From Chiloscyllium plagiosum (taxonomy: Eukaryota), in assembly GCF_004010195.1 (NCBI RefSeq), contig NC_057714.1, positions 61,219,868 through 61,283,867 of the forward strand: a stretch of DNA of 64,000 nt. The letters are read 5' to 3'. This document shows positions 1 to 12,770 of this stretch, piece after piece. The notes beneath the pieces are model-generated. The model had not been told where the DNA came from. It did not search any database and worked only from the letters and a program-made list of their open reading frames with translations. Each line of letters starts with the position of its first letter. Position 1 is the stretch's first letter. The position numbers were made by a program, and so were the translations under genes.

Positions 1-1541
1 GTCAGCAAGGCGGCCTTTGTGTGGAGCCACAGAAAATGGGAGAGATACTAAACGAGTATTTTGCATCAGTATTTACTGTGGAAAAGGATATGGAAGATAT
101 AGACTGTAGGGAAGTAGATGGTGACATCTTGCAAAATGTCCAGATAACAGAGGAGAAAGTGCTGGATGTCTTGAAATATAAAATGGTGGATAAATCCCCA
201 GGATCTGAACAGGTGTACCCCAGAACTCTGTGGGAAGCTAGAGAAGTGATTGCTGGGTCTCTTGCTGAGATACCTGTATCATCAATAGCCACAGATGAGG
301 TGCCAGAAGACTGGAGGTCGGCTAACATGGTGCCAGTGTTTAAAAAGGGTGGTAAGGACAAGCCAGGGAACTATAGACCAGTGAGCCTGACATCAGTGGT
401 GGGCAAGTTGTTGGAGGGACTCCTGAGGGACAGGATGTACATGTATTTGGAAAGGCAAGGACTGATTAAGGATCGTCATCATGTCTCACAAACTTGATTG
501 AGTTTTTTGAAGAAGTAACAAAGAGGATTGATGAGGGCAGAGCTGTAGAAGTGACCAATATGGACTTCAGTAAGGTGTTCGACAAGGGTCCCCATGGGAG
601 ACTGATTAGCAAGGTTAGATCTCATGGTATACAGGGAGAACTAGCCATTTGGATACAGAACTGGCTCAAAGGTAGAAGACAGAGGGTGGTGGTGGAGGGT
701 TGTTTTTCAGACTGGAGGCCTGTGACCAATGGAGTGCCACAAGGATCGGTGCTGGGTCCTCTACTTTTTTGTAATTTACATAAATGATTTGGATGTGAGC
801 AAATGGGGTACTGTTAGTAAGTTTGCAGAGGACACCAAAATTGGAGGTGTAGTGGACAGCAAAGAGGATTACCTCAGAGTACANNNNNNNNNNNNNNNNN
901 NNNNNNNNNNNNNNNNNNNNNNNNNNNNNNNNNNNNNNNNNNNNNNTACAGGAGTTGGGAGGTCATGTTGCGGCTGTACAGGACATTGGTTAGGCCACTG
1001 TTGGAATATTGTGTGCAATTCTGGTCTCCTTCCTATTGGAAGGATGTTGTGAAACTTAAAAGGGTTCAGAAAAGATTTAAAAGGATATTGCCAGGGTTGG
1101 AGGATTTGAGCTATCCCTGACGAAGCTGGGGCTGTTTTTCCTGGAGCTTCGAAGGCTGAAGGGTGACCTTATAGAGGTTTATAAAATCACGAGGGACATG
1201 GATAGGATAAATAGATAAGGTATTTTCCCTGGGGTGGAGGAGTCCAGAACTAGAGGGCATACTTTTAGGGTGAGGGGCGAAAGTTATAAAAGGGACCTAA
1301 GAGGCAACTTTTTCATGCAGTAGGTGGCATGTGTATGGAATGAGCTGCCAGAGGAAATGGTGGAGGCTGGTACAGTTACAACATTTAAAAGGCATCTGGA
1401 TGGGTATATGAATAGGAGGGGTTATAGGGATAAGGGTCATGTGCTGGCTAATGGGACTAGATTAGGTTGGGATATCTGGTCAGCATGGATGAGTTGAACC
1501 AAAGGTTTCCATGCTGTACAGTTCTGTGACTCTATGACTCT
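1..1541 (+). mobile_element. CR1-clade LINE (HER1-like), decayed RT and 3' end; spans N gap 884-946
   Basis: ORF fragments [52 protein letters not shown]; ends in (CTATGACT)-type tail at about 1523-1541. Confidence 0.9.
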
Positions 1542-1562
1542 AATTGTGCAACAATACATGGT

Positions 1563-1868
1563 AGGGCGGCACAGTAGCACATTAGATAGCACTACTGTCT
1601 CACAGAGCCAGAGACTTGGGTTCAATACCTGCCTTGAGCAACTGTCTGTGTGGAGTTTGCACATTCTCCCCGTGTCTGCGTGGGTTTCCTCCGGGTGCTC
1701 CGGTTTCCTCCCACAGTCCAAAGATGTGCAGGTTAGGTGAATTGGTCATGCTAAATTGCCCATAGTGTTTGGTGTAGGGAATGTGTCTGGGTGGGTTGCT
1801 CTTCGGAGGGTCAATGTAGACTTGTGGGCTGAAGGGCCTGCTTCCATACTGTAAGTAATCTAATCTAA
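1563..1868 (+). mobile_element. HE1-like tRNA-derived V-SINE
   Basis: tRNA-like head with GGTTCAA B box; V-domain TGTGTGGAGTTTGCACATTCTCCCCGTGTCTGCGTGGGTTTCCTCCGGGTGCTCCGGTTTCCTCCCACAGTCCAAAGATGTG; CR1-like 3' tail. Confidence 0.85.
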
Positions 1869-2701
1869 AAAACAAAAAAATACACAGTGAATAGCTGTTT
1901 GTGGCTAGCAGTGTTTGACGTGGTACGCAGCTGGGAATAAACACGGCACTGGTGAGTATATCTACTGTTGCTGAATGCAAGATAGGGTGACAGTGGTGCT
2001 ATAGACACATTGTGCATACACAATAAAGTGAGCCGCAGAGAACTGTGTAAAATAGCTTGCTCGAGCTCACAGAGAGAAATCCTCCAAGAAACTCCCCAAA
2101 ATTGACACTTAGCTGACTTTTAATGGAATTCAGCCGTATGTCTTTGTATTTAAGTGTGACCATATGTTAGGCTTCCTTCCTTGCCATCTAACACTGGTTT
2201 TAATGTTTGACCTGTCAATATCATAGGGTTCACAAGATCTGTGAGAGAATTCTGGAAATAAAGCCATATTGCATACTGTTCACAAATCTATTCTTCAAAT
2301 CTACTTTGCCTAATTTGTGGAAACGCACTATATTATTAAAGCTAAACTAAGACACCATAGGAAGGACAATTCACAAGCTGAAAATCAGAACAGTAAATGC
2401 AGGACATGCAATGCATATTTATCAAAAATTTGCAAAGTGCAATAGATTCATGCTTTGGTGATCCTTCTGCAAAATTCCAAAACAGATGTAAGATATAAAC
2501 CCAAAAGAGAAGCAACAGGTCAATCTTTTTTTTACTGAAGGGCCTCTTGTGAATCTCCAGAATTTTCTAATTTTATTTCAGAAATCCAGGATTCCATTCT
2601 ATTTCTTTTTATCAGCCCAAATGTGAGATTTTGAATATATCTGGAACTGTAGTTTATTGCCATTTTGTTCTGTTTTTATTAGATTCTGTAACTCTTGGAG
2701 G

Positions 2702-2795
2702 ATGCCAGTTTCAACGCGTGCTTTACAGCAGATGGCTATATACTTGGGAATAGTATCTGGAGGAGGATGTGCAGTGATGTACTACCTTATGCAAC
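2702..2795 (+). CDS. COA1: COA1 (cytochrome c oxidase assembly factor 1 / MITRAC15) coding exon 1
   Basis: Acceptor ttattag|2683; ATG at 2702; MPVSTRALQQMAIYLGIVSGGGCAVMYYLMQ includes a TM-like segment; donor c|gtaag, phase 1. Confidence 0.88.
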
Positions 2796-3724
2796 GTAAG
2801 AACACAAAAACACAACCTGTTAGACTTATTATTTGTTCCAAAACCTTATTCCCACTGACATTTGGTAGATATCATAGACTTGGCTGAGTAACAAGCTTAA
2901 GAACAGCATTATATTGAAAAATTTGTGATAAGTCAGAAAACTGGTATGCATTTTAAGAAATAGCAAAGAATGACAAATAAAATAAAGGAGGGCAATGTCG
3001 AGTAATGAGAAAAAAAGTGAGTAATGTAGAATCTGTCTCTGTTTTAATCAGTAGTTAAATTGGGAAAGGATAACTAAAGCTGATGTTGGTCCTCTAGAGA
3101 GCGAAACTGGGGAATTGATAATAAAAAAGAAATGAAGGAACAGTTTGAACAGGTATTTTGCATCAGTCTTCACTGAAGCAAATTTAGAAAATTTCTCAAA
3201 GGTACTGTACCTTCGTGCACTGTACAGCTTGCTGTGCAGCAGTATACAAAGACAATCTCACATCTTGACCATGTGCCAGCAGTTTACTTGGCAAACACAG
3301 TTATATGCAGCAAACAGACAGCCATGTCTCAAAGTCATAGGGGTGTATTTTCACTGAAGTCCATGGAGGTTAAGTGAGTCAGGGAGTCCCGACACAGTGT
3401 CAAGGGCAGCCTCCTGTTCCCTGACCAGCGGATAGAATGCCTGTCCTTGGCCTATTGAGATGATCGTGGTTCGAGAGTTTGTACCTCTGCAGTCTCTGGG
3501 GAGTGAGCTGTAGTCAGTCCTGTTACTACATAGCAACCAATCTGTGGGGTAGGGTAATGCAGTCAGAGAGATACATAGGTTTCAATCAGGGGTGTGCGCA
3601 TTTCTTACCTCAAGCTGTTCAGCTATATTGGTCAATGGGGTTAGCTATAGTGATCTATCAGGTTCACAGGAAATATAGACATACAAAATTTGTGCAAAAG
3701 TAGGCATTTGCGCAACTTATAATG

Positions 3725-3950
3725 ATCATTGCTGCTCATCCAACTCAATAGCCTGTTCCTGCTTTGTTCCCCCATATCCTTTGATCTCTTTGTCCTAAAT
3801 GCTATCCAATTCCTTCTTGAAATTGTGCAATATTTTGGCCTCAACTGCTTTATGTAGCAGGAAATTCCACAGGATCACCTCTCGTGTGAAGAAATTTCAC
3901 CTCAATGCAGCCCTAAATGGTTTATGCCATATCCTGAAACCATGACCCCA
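3725..3950 (-). mobile_element. CR1 3' fragment, old
   Basis: Reverse complement of the CR1 3' region (ttcttcacacgagaggtgatcctgtggaattt). Confidence 0.6.
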
Positions 3951-4379
3951 GGAAAGGCCACTCTCATGAGGCCCTTTTAAAGGGATCGAATGTTGCACAA
4001 AGACCCATGCGCTATATAGGAGACAGACCTGCAGGTTCCCTAATCCTGGCCATCCTCATGCATTGGCCCCCTGTGTACTGCACACTTTGCTGCCCCAGAC
4101 ATCACTGACCATCTCATTTCACACCAGCACAGAGGCCAGAATGAGAATGAGGAACACTGGTGTCAGCAGAACTCATTGTCCTATATTTTTCCACATTCTC
4201 CAGCAGACTTTCAGTACAGACATCCATGGTACATCCTGTGATGACATGAAGTTAGGCATTCTTTCTGGCATGGTTTCATGGTACTACACAGTGACTCAGA
4301 CAAACAGAGATAGAACAAAAACAATCTATACAAACAGAAGACTTCATATACAGTGCAATGTCACGTACCACAAAAGTGT

Positions 4380-5065
4380 TAAGGGTTTCTCTTGTTGGAG
4401 ATTGTCATTGTCTGGCACTTGTGTGGTACAAATGTTGTTTGCCACTTGTCAACTTAAGCCTAGATATTGTCCAGGATTTGTTCCTTTTGTGGATGGGTTG
4501 TTTTAGAACCTGAGGAGTCATGAATGATGCCAAATGTGGTGCCGTTATCAGCGGAATCCCCACTTCTGATCTTATGATGAAGGAAAGGTGTTTGGGCGCT
4601 TTCCTGATGAACTCCTGCAGAGATGTCCAGGAGCTGAGATGACTGACCTCCAACAAGTACAGTCATCTCCTTTGTGCCAGGTATGGTTCAATCCACAGAC
4701 AGCTTCGTCTGCCGTTCGCTCCCCCACACTCCCCATTTCCTGTTGACTCCACTTTAGGGTTCCTTGATGCTTCACTCATCAAATGGCCTTGATGTTGAGG
4801 GCTGTCATTCATGTTTCATCTCTGGAATTCAGCTTGTTTGTCCATGTGTGAACAAAGCTGTAATGAGATCAAGAGCTAAGTGGCTCTGGCTTAATCCAAA
4901 TGAAACATTAGTAGGCAGTTTATTGCTAAGCAAGAACTGCTTAATAGCACTGTTGATGACACCCTTCATTACTGAACTGATGATGAGGCAGTAATTGCAA
5001 GGTTCCATTTGTCCTGCTTTTTATGTACCATATATACCTGGGCACTTTTCTACTTAGCTCAAAGG
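4380..5065 (-). mobile_element. Decayed CR1/L2-group LINE fragment (second family)
   Basis: Degenerate RT-region sequence in the same style as 33470-34210; no intact ORF. Confidence 0.5.
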
Positions 5066-5165
5066 TGGCCATACTTTCCCCTTTACTAAAAGGCCAAAAC
5101 TCCAACACCCCTTTCAAATGCTACTCTCCTTATTGGTTTTTCTCGTCTACTTTACCCAAGTCACA

Positions 5166-5545
5166 CTATAGAACATAGAAAGGTACAGCACAGAGCAGGC
5201 CCTTTGGCCCACAATGTTGTGCCGAGGTTTAATCCTAATGTAAAATATAGAAACTTAACATATGCACCCCTCAACTCACCGCTGTCCATGTGCATGTCCA
5301 GCAGTCGCTTAAATGTCCCCAATGACTCTGCTTCCAACACCACAGCTGGCAACGCATTCCATGCATTCACAACTCTCTGCATAAAGAACGTCTGCCTTTA
5401 TACCTTCCTCCTAATATCTTCAAACTATGACTTCTCGTGCCAGTCAATCCTGCCCTGAGGAAAAGTCTCTGGCTATTGACTCTATCTATTCCTCTCATTA
5501 TTTTGTACACCTCAATGAGGTCACTTCTTTTCCTCCTTCTCCCAG
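5166..5545 (-). mobile_element. CR1 3' end
   Basis: QRVVNAWNALPAVVLEAESLGTFKRLLDMHM; (TTCTATG)-type tail. Confidence 0.85.
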
Positions 5546-5809
5546 TGTCCCATACTTCCTGACTTTATGAATGAGCTATGTGTTGTTCTAAAGCCTTCCT
5601 TCCTTTAGTTTATGAACTGACTCATGAGTTTTGGAATTTCAGCTTTATCTCAGCTCTTCTTGTCCATTTCCTTCAAAATTTGTCATAATCTCTTAATGTG
5701 AATAAATGAGTTGGTGGTTAAAATTGACTTACAGATTTGGTGGCTGGGGGTGGGCTTGATACTGTATGGATTTGATGCAGATCTCTCTTGTGAATAATTG
5801 TTTTTATAG

Positions 5810-5961
5810 AAAATTTTGCCAAATCAGAATACTATAAGTTGGCAATTGAAGAACTCAACAAAAATGACACAGCATTAGAAGCCCTGGGAGCTCCTCCATT
5901 GCACATCCGAAATATCAAACTCACTGACAGGAACAATCATGTGGATGGAAAAAGTGCAAGG
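5810..5961 (+). CDS. COA1: COA1 coding exon 2
   Basis: tttttatag|; (Q)NFAKSEYYKLAIEELNKNDTALEALGAPPLHIRNIKLTDRNNHVDGKSAR resembles recalled human [38 protein letters not shown]; donor gtacag, phase 0. Confidence 0.92.
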
Positions 5962-6280
5962 GTACAGTTTTCAGTTATTATTTCTTTTGTCAACTCTGCT
6001 TTTGCATCTAAACTTATAAGTTGTTTATGGACCAGTAACATCATTGTGCAGGTTTCTTCCATATGTCCGTTTTGGTTTTCATGTACCTTTTAATTTTAAC
6101 TATTAGCTGAATTGTTTCCATTCTTGATGCTACAGAAGGGAATATATATTCCTTTTAAATAACGAATGAAGTTTGTGAGTGGATGTTAAGTGAAAGCATA
6201 GAATTAGAATAAATGTGCGCTAGTCTATGGAATCCAGATAAACTGACTCTATTAACTAATTGTATGGCATTGGTTTATAG

Positions 6281-6357
6281 ATTAAAATCCCAGTTTGTGG
6301 ATCAAAATCAGCTGGATATCTCCACACCTATTCTGTTCGGGATGGTCTACAGAAAAG
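6281..6357 (+). CDS. COA1: COA1 coding exon 3
   Basis: tttatag|IKIPVCGSKSAGYLHTYSVRDGLQK(R)|gtaacc; resembles human LKIPVSGSKSEGLL; phase 2. Confidence 0.92.
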
Positions 6358-6545
6358 GTAACCTATAGACAAGTAACCAACTAAATGATTGTTGTTTCAA
6401 TGTTGTTGTTTAAAGGTCAATTTGATTTCCATAATCAGTAGAATTATGCATATATTTTAGTTCTGTCAACAAGTGTTATGTGGTATGAACATATCTGGAG
6501 ATGAATATTTTAGACATTTTCACACACATTTGAAAGAATTATCTA

Positions 6546-6703
6546 GAATTCACAGAATTCTTCACAGAAGCACTTCACAGGAGGCTCCCAAGCACTGAGG
6601 ATGTCACCTAGACGGGACGAAACGTCTGCAACACAAATTCCCAGCTTGGCGAACAGAACCACAACAACGAGCACCCGAGCTACAAATCTTCTCCCAAACT
6701 TTG
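6546..6703 (+). mobile_element. Penelope-type 3'/pLTR fragment with hammerhead motif (family D)
   Basis: TSD AAGAATTATCTA at 6534-6545 and 6704-6715; similar to the Penelope 3' end at 41410-41522. Confidence 0.75.
6592..6629 (+). ncRNA. Minimal type I hammerhead ribozyme motif
   Basis: GCA-CTGAGGA-T-GTCACC tagac GGGAC-GAAAC-GTC-TGC; stem I GCA/TGC. Confidence 0.7.
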
Positions 6704-7877
6704 AAGAATTATCTATACTTTCTCAGGTTGTCCTGACTTGGTTTCAGAGAATGAGGAAACTGAACATAGCCAAGAAGTGTGGCAGTAAACAAGGTGATTT
6801 AGACTTAATGAGAAGAAATTTATGACTTTTGTTCTACTCCACTTGGCGCAAAGTGGAGAACTTGCATTGCATTCTTTATGCTGTAATGGTGAACGACAGT
6901 ATGAAGAAGTTCTGCAAAGATATAATTCAGTGCAGTTATTTATGATTTATGCTGCCTCCTGTACAACATTTTCTTCTGTTGAAAAGTTCTAAAGTAGAGA
7001 ACAACCTGAAGAGGATCAAAGAATACAGCACAATTTTAAACAGCTATTGGAGATATAAACAGCAACCACTTTCAAAGGTGTGATGTGAGAAAAATGAAAT
7101 GATTGGAGAAAAGAAAATACTGCTTATAAAAATGACCAGTATTCAGTAAGAATTCATTTAGATGTGATAGAGATTTAATTAAATAAGATTTGACTGGGAT
7201 TTAAAGGAATCTTATGAAATAAGATGCATCAATAGGAACCAAATTGTGCTTTAGATTCCAAAAAATGTCTAAAACATTTCTGGTCAAATGTTTGTATTAA
7301 TTGTTATATTGATGTTTAATTAAACTAGAGTCTGTAAAATGTACCATCTTTTTATTGACTGTAGATTGGGTAACTAAAGACCTTTAAATGTGTGTTAATT
7401 GTTTTTCTCTCTGATTCTTTTTTTAAAAATCCTATCTATGCAAAGTGGATTGTTTTGGACCAAGCATTAGTTCACTTGAAAGGCTTTAAGGATTATCTTG
7501 ATGGCTTGTTGGATATTTTCTGCATCTTGTGGAAAATGAGAGAGAAAAACTTGGCAAGACCAGAATTGATTTTCAAAATAGTATTTTCATGTCAGTCAGT
7601 TACTAGTGTTCTCAACTGACATTGTGGCAGAGGTCACAGATTTAATCCCTTATCTACTGAGTGAGCTGCTTCAGCCAAGACAGTTTTAAGTTCTGTCCCT
7701 AGTGTGCCTGGATAGGAAATGGAAAAGATCAGTCAGGTACCTACTCTTTAATGTCTCCAAGGAAAATGTACAAGTGTGATATTGAGTGAGGACATGGTTG
7801 AGCTTGACTGAGCTTGAAAGAGCAACTAGGGGATATACATTCACTCATTTACAAAGAATAGGTATTTGGGATGCTTT

Positions 7878-7984
7878 GTGATGCATGGTAATGCCCCTAT
7901 CTCTGGGTCAGGAGGTCTGGGTTCAGGTACCACTTGCTCCAGAGGTGTGTCATAACATTTCTGAATAGGTTGATTTGAAAATAA
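7878..7984 (+). mobile_element. Short tRNA-derived SINE
   Basis: A/B-box-like head (TGGGTTCAGG); homologous to 8840-8950. Confidence 0.55.
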
Positions 7985-8251
7985 ACAAAAACAATTGGAA
8001 GACATGGGTGATTTACTGGTGGTATTTAATAGATGGAAAACATACCATCTATTTTGATATGGTGATTGGGGAAAACATTCAGTTGTGTGTAAAGCAGATT
8101 TGGCCATAAATAATTTTGAAAAAAGAGAATACCTACTTGATTAATTAGAAAACATGGAGGATTTACTGGTGGTAGTCAATAAGTGAAAAAATACTATGGG
8201 TAATTTGGTGATGAGGAAAAGGAAACATACAGTTATGTGAGAGAGCACTTA

Positions 8252-8816
8252 AGAGTCATAGAAATGCACAGCATAGAAACAGTCCAACCCGTCCATGCCG
8301 ACCAGATATCCCAACCCAATCTAGTCCCACCTGCTAGCACCCGGCCCATATCCCTCCAAACCCGACCCCAGGGAAAGGACTTTGCCTATTTACCCTATCC
8401 ATGCCCCTCCTAATTTTGTAAACCTTTATAAGGTCACATCTCAGCCTCTGACGCTTCAGGGAAAACAGCCCCAGCCTGTTCAGCCTCTCCCTGTAGCTCA
8501 AATCCTCCAACCCTGGCAACATCCTTGTAAATCTTTTCTGAACCCTTTCAAGTTTTACAATATCTTTCCTGTATGAAGGAGACCAGAATTGCATGCATTA
8601 TCCAATAGGGGCCTGACCAATGTCCTGTACAGCCGCAACATGACCTCCCAACCCCTGTACTCAATACTCTGACCAATAAAAGAAAGCATACCAAACACCA
8701 CCTTCACTATTCTGTCTACCTGCGACTCCACTTTCAAGGAGCTATGAACCTGCACTCCAAGGTCTCTTTGTTCAGCAACACTCCTTAGGACCTTACCACT
8801 AAATGTATAAGTCCTG
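8252..8816 (-). mobile_element. CR1 3' fragment
   Basis: QFWSPSYRKDIVKLERVQKRFTRMLPGLEDLSYRERL. Confidence 0.9.
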
Positions 8817-8839
8817 TGAAATAAAACTGTTTGGAGGCC

Positions 8840-8950
8840 TGTCGTGGTACAGTGGTTATATTTCTGTCTTTGAACCAGGAGACCTGGGTTCAAGTCCCAT
8901 CTGCTCCAAAGGTGCGTCAGAACATCTCTGAACAGGATGATTAGAAAATA
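8840..8950 (+). mobile_element. Short tRNA-derived SINE
   Basis: GTGGTACAGTGGTTA ... CCTGGGTTCAAGTCCCA (A and B boxes). Confidence 0.6.
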
Positions 8951-9105
8951 TAAGAATAGAGATTTGGATAAGGTACCTGAGGATTGACAAAACATCTGAA
9001 ATCATGACTGATCCTAACTCAAGCTTATGAGAAATGAGAATTTTGGAAATTTTGCTGAATTATTTGTTAATCACTCTACCTGTGGTGTTTCTTCTTTTTT
9101 ATTAG

Positions 9106-9196
9106 ATGGTTTCTACAAGAAGCTGTGTTGCAGCTGCTGGATGGCCAACAAGTTTTAGTTTATCCATTGACTGAAGATAAAGACCACCAACATTAA
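9106..9196 (+). CDS. COA1: COA1 last coding exon with stop
   Basis: tttttattag|(R)WFLQEAVLQLLDGQQVLVYPLTEDKDHQH-TAA; the four exons sum to 414 nt in one frame (137 aa plus stop). Confidence 0.9.
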
Positions 9197-9341
9197 TGCA
9201 TGAGCAAAGTTGTATTCTTTACAATGTAATTCAAGCATTGATGTTATTTCAAACAAAATAATTTTTCAAAAGAGTTTGAAGCTAAAAATCACACAGTTGT
9301 TTCTAAAATTAGTGCATCCAACAATTTCAGTTAAACAAAAA

Positions 9342-9347
9342 AATAAA
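9342..9347 (+). promoter_or_regulatory. Candidate COA1 polyadenylation signal (alternatives at 9667 and 10107)
   Basis: First AATAAA after the COA1 stop codon. Confidence 0.4.
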
Positions 9348-9349
9348 GT

Positions 9350-9566
9350 CAAAGATGTTGTAAATCATAAACAAAAACAGAAATTGCTAGAAAGCCCAGC
9401 AGGTCCAGCAGCATCTGTGGTGAAAAAGCAGAGTTAAATTTTGGGTCCAGTGACCCGCCTTAAGAATTGAAGGTTCTGAAGAAAGGTCTCTAGATTCGAA
9501 ATGTTAACTCTGTTCTCTCCACAGATGCTACTGGACCAGCTGAGTTTTTCAGCAATTTCTGTTTTC
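9350..9566. mobile_element. Hairpin element with decayed hammerhead core (family B)
   Basis: Arms aaaacagaaattgct...gagttaa and ttaactc...agcaatttctgtttt; CTGAAGA at 9476, GAAA at 9498. Confidence 0.7.
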
Positions 9567-11659
9567 ATTTTATTTAAAGGATTGCTACAAACCTTTTTCA
9601 GGCCAATTTGATGTAAGGAGAAAGTTTTTGTTGTGTCCTCAAACCATGTACAGACATGTTCCTGAGAATAAATAGTAATTCTGTTGAAAAGCTGATGTTA
9701 GTTTGATTAGTAACCTTGACTATAGGTTGAATTGACCGGATTTTTATTTTTTGCACAATGTGTTTTATTAAGAAAACTTTAGATGTTTGTCGATATTGAT
9801 CGCAAGGAATACAAGAAATGTACATATAACACCAATGTCAAATTACTTGACATTCAACCAGCAACTAGGGAACATACTTTTCTACCTACAGGTAGTCAAT
9901 GCACAAACATGTACCTTTCAGATCTTGGAGGAGCTTGCACTGAGTGTCGTTCCAGTCACTATATGTCTTATGAGCTAAATCCTCAGTTCTTGAATGGAAC
10001 GGTAACAAAAACATTTGGATATGAAATAACAAATCCAAAGTTAATGGAGTTTCAAGCATTAAATTCAAAAAGAGCTGGAAATATGAGAAGTGATGTATGC
10101 TGTATTAATAAATTTGACTTGGTCTACATATATATCTTTTAATAATCATTCAACCCCTGACACAAACCTTATAAAGTCTGGGAATAGAATTTGAAATGTT
10201 CACTTGTGAAGATCAGTTTGGAGTGCAGCACTGTTGAAGTATGTTAGTGTGCACTGCCAAATTAAGATGCTAATGCTTGGTGAAAGCACATCCAAGTGTT
10301 CCATACAGCAATACAATAGGTCTTATTCTTGTGGAAGAGATGCCTCAGTCTGTCAACTTGAGCAGTATCCAATGATAGATTTATAATTTAGTGTTTATGG
10401 ATGCGCTTGAACTGATTAACCAATTTCTTCATTTAAAAAACTTAATTCTCAGGCTGTCAGCACCATTGTTGTCTATCATTTCCAGTTGTCTGCTGACAAG
10501 GATGGATATGCTACAGGAACCACAGAGGCAGTCCTTCTTGTGATGGTGTTCCCACATCAGTGTAATATTGTCTTATCATCAAGATCTGATTGGCTGAATG
10601 TTTCTGGAGAGAATCAAATACTACCACTGAGGCATAAAGCAGGAGACAATCCAGTACTGGTGGACAGCAGGAATTAACAGTAATGCCCCTCCAGAACTGC
10701 TGCCCCAGTCAGAGGGCTGACTCCTCACCAGCAATGGCAATGCCATCAACAGCAGGGGTGCTGCTGAAAATGCCAGAGGAAGGACAAAGTGGCTCCAGGA
10801 TCTGGTGCCCTTGGAAAGAAGGTAAATTTTACTGGTGATTTTAATCTCTGTATAGTGGATTCATCAGTATCAACCTGAAACTGATGCACTTTATTACTCA
10901 GAACTGAATATCTGCAGTCTTTTTTGTTTGTTGAAGCAAACAGAATAGATAAGCAGGCTTTTCAACCTGTCATTAACTCGTCAGGGCTGCAAATTGTACA
11001 TTTGTGGTAGTTGGTAGAAACTGGTCATGTGATGTCAATATACCAGACTCAACCTTATGCCAAGCTTAGTTAACAGATCAGCCAACATTGAAACCTTGAT
11101 AGAATGGTATAGTGAGGATGAACCAAGTGATGTGGGGAAAGGGAGGAGGAGACTCCCTTTTAACTGGTTCAGTGTAAAATGGCCAATATTGGTTTATTGC
11201 CCATTTTACATCACTGTTGATTTTCATTTCATTCATTGGAATACATAAATAAATTCCAGGATAAACAGGTAACAGAACAGGAGGAATGCAGTTTCAATGC
11301 AATGTTCCATTGTCAAGATCAAGAAACACTGATATCTACATTGGTTTTTGAAAATGTCAGTGCTGTCGTGCTTTTCCCTATAGAAAGCATACGAGGTACC
11401 TAGGTACAAAATTTTAGATTACATCTTTTTCTAATTTATTCCTAAGATTTTGTACCTAGGTATCTTGTGCCTGAAGTGACACAATGGACTGAAATGCTGA
11501 ACCTTTTTTAAAAATTTATTCCTAAGAACCTGTACTGAGGTACGTTTGTACCGGAGATGGTGCTGTAAGTTATGATTGTAAACTTTTCACTGCACTCGAG
11601 TACACGACAATAAATTGAGCAAAGAATGTAATGAAAATTGTGCACTGTGTTAAATTAAT

Positions 11660-12770
11660 GGGGGGAGCCATCGGATGTGGTTTATTAGGACTTTAAGAAG
11701 TCTTTCTACAAAGTCCTACCTTAGAGATCGGTATATAAAATTAATGTACATGGTGTTGGGGCTAGTATATTGAGGTGCTCAAAACTGTTTGGTAATGAGT
11801 AGGAATAAATGTGTCTTTTTCCAAATGGCAGGTAATGACTAGTGGGGTACCTCATGGATCAATGCGAAGACTCCAATTATTCACAATATATATTAATGAT
11901 TTGGATGAGAGAACTAAATGTAATATCTCTAAATTGGCAGATGACACAAAGCTTGGTGGGAGAGGGAACTGTGAGGAGTATGCAGAGATATTTTGGATAA
12001 CCACATGCCAGATGCAGTATAATGCAGAGAAATGAGAGCTTTGGTAGCAAAAACAGGAAGGCAGATTATTATCTGATTGGCTATAAATTGAGAAGGGGAA
12101 TGTGAAAGGAGACCTGGGCATCCAGTCACTGAAGGTAAGCATGCAGGTGCATATGTGCTAAAGTAGGCAAATGGTACATTGGCCATCAGAGCAAGAGGAT
12201 GAAGGTGCAGGGCTGAATTGCTGCAATTATACAGGGTCTTGGTGAGATCAGACCAGGAATATTGTGTGCAATTTTGGTCTCCTTACCTGAGGAAGGATGT
12301 TCTTACTCTAAAGGGAGTGCAATAAAAGGTTCACCAGATTGATTCCTTGGATGGTGGAACTGATATGAGGAGAGATTGAATCAAGATCATAATTGCTGGA
12401 GTATAGAAGAACAAGGCACATTCTCATAGAAACATATAAAATTCTCATAGGTTCGATGCAAGAAGAATGTGCCTGTTGATAGGGAGTCCAGAATCAGGGG
12501 TCATAGTCGAAGGATACAGGGCATACCATTTATGCCTAAGATGAGACATTTCTTCACCCAGAGTAGTGAACTTCCACAGAAAGCAGTTGAGGCCGAAACA
12601 TAATGTTGTCAAGTAGTTGTTGAATCCAGCACTTGGAGCTAAAGGGATCATACTATATGGGGTAAAGCAGCAACAGAATATTAAGCGGGATCAGTCATGA
12701 TCATAATGAATAGCGGAGCAGGTGCAAAAGGACTAAATGGACTACTTCTGCTCCTATTTTCTGTTTCTGT
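11660..12770 (+). mobile_element. Decayed CR1 RT/3' region
   Basis: SGVPHGS, FTIYINDLD, ISKLADDTKLGG. Confidence 0.85.

Noticed and set aside
884-946. Apparent CR1 internal deletion and X-containing ORF
   Set aside because: Assembly gap (N run)
9783-10142. 119-aa ORF downstream of COA1
   Set aside because: No recognisable motif; AT-rich and in probable 3' UTR or flank
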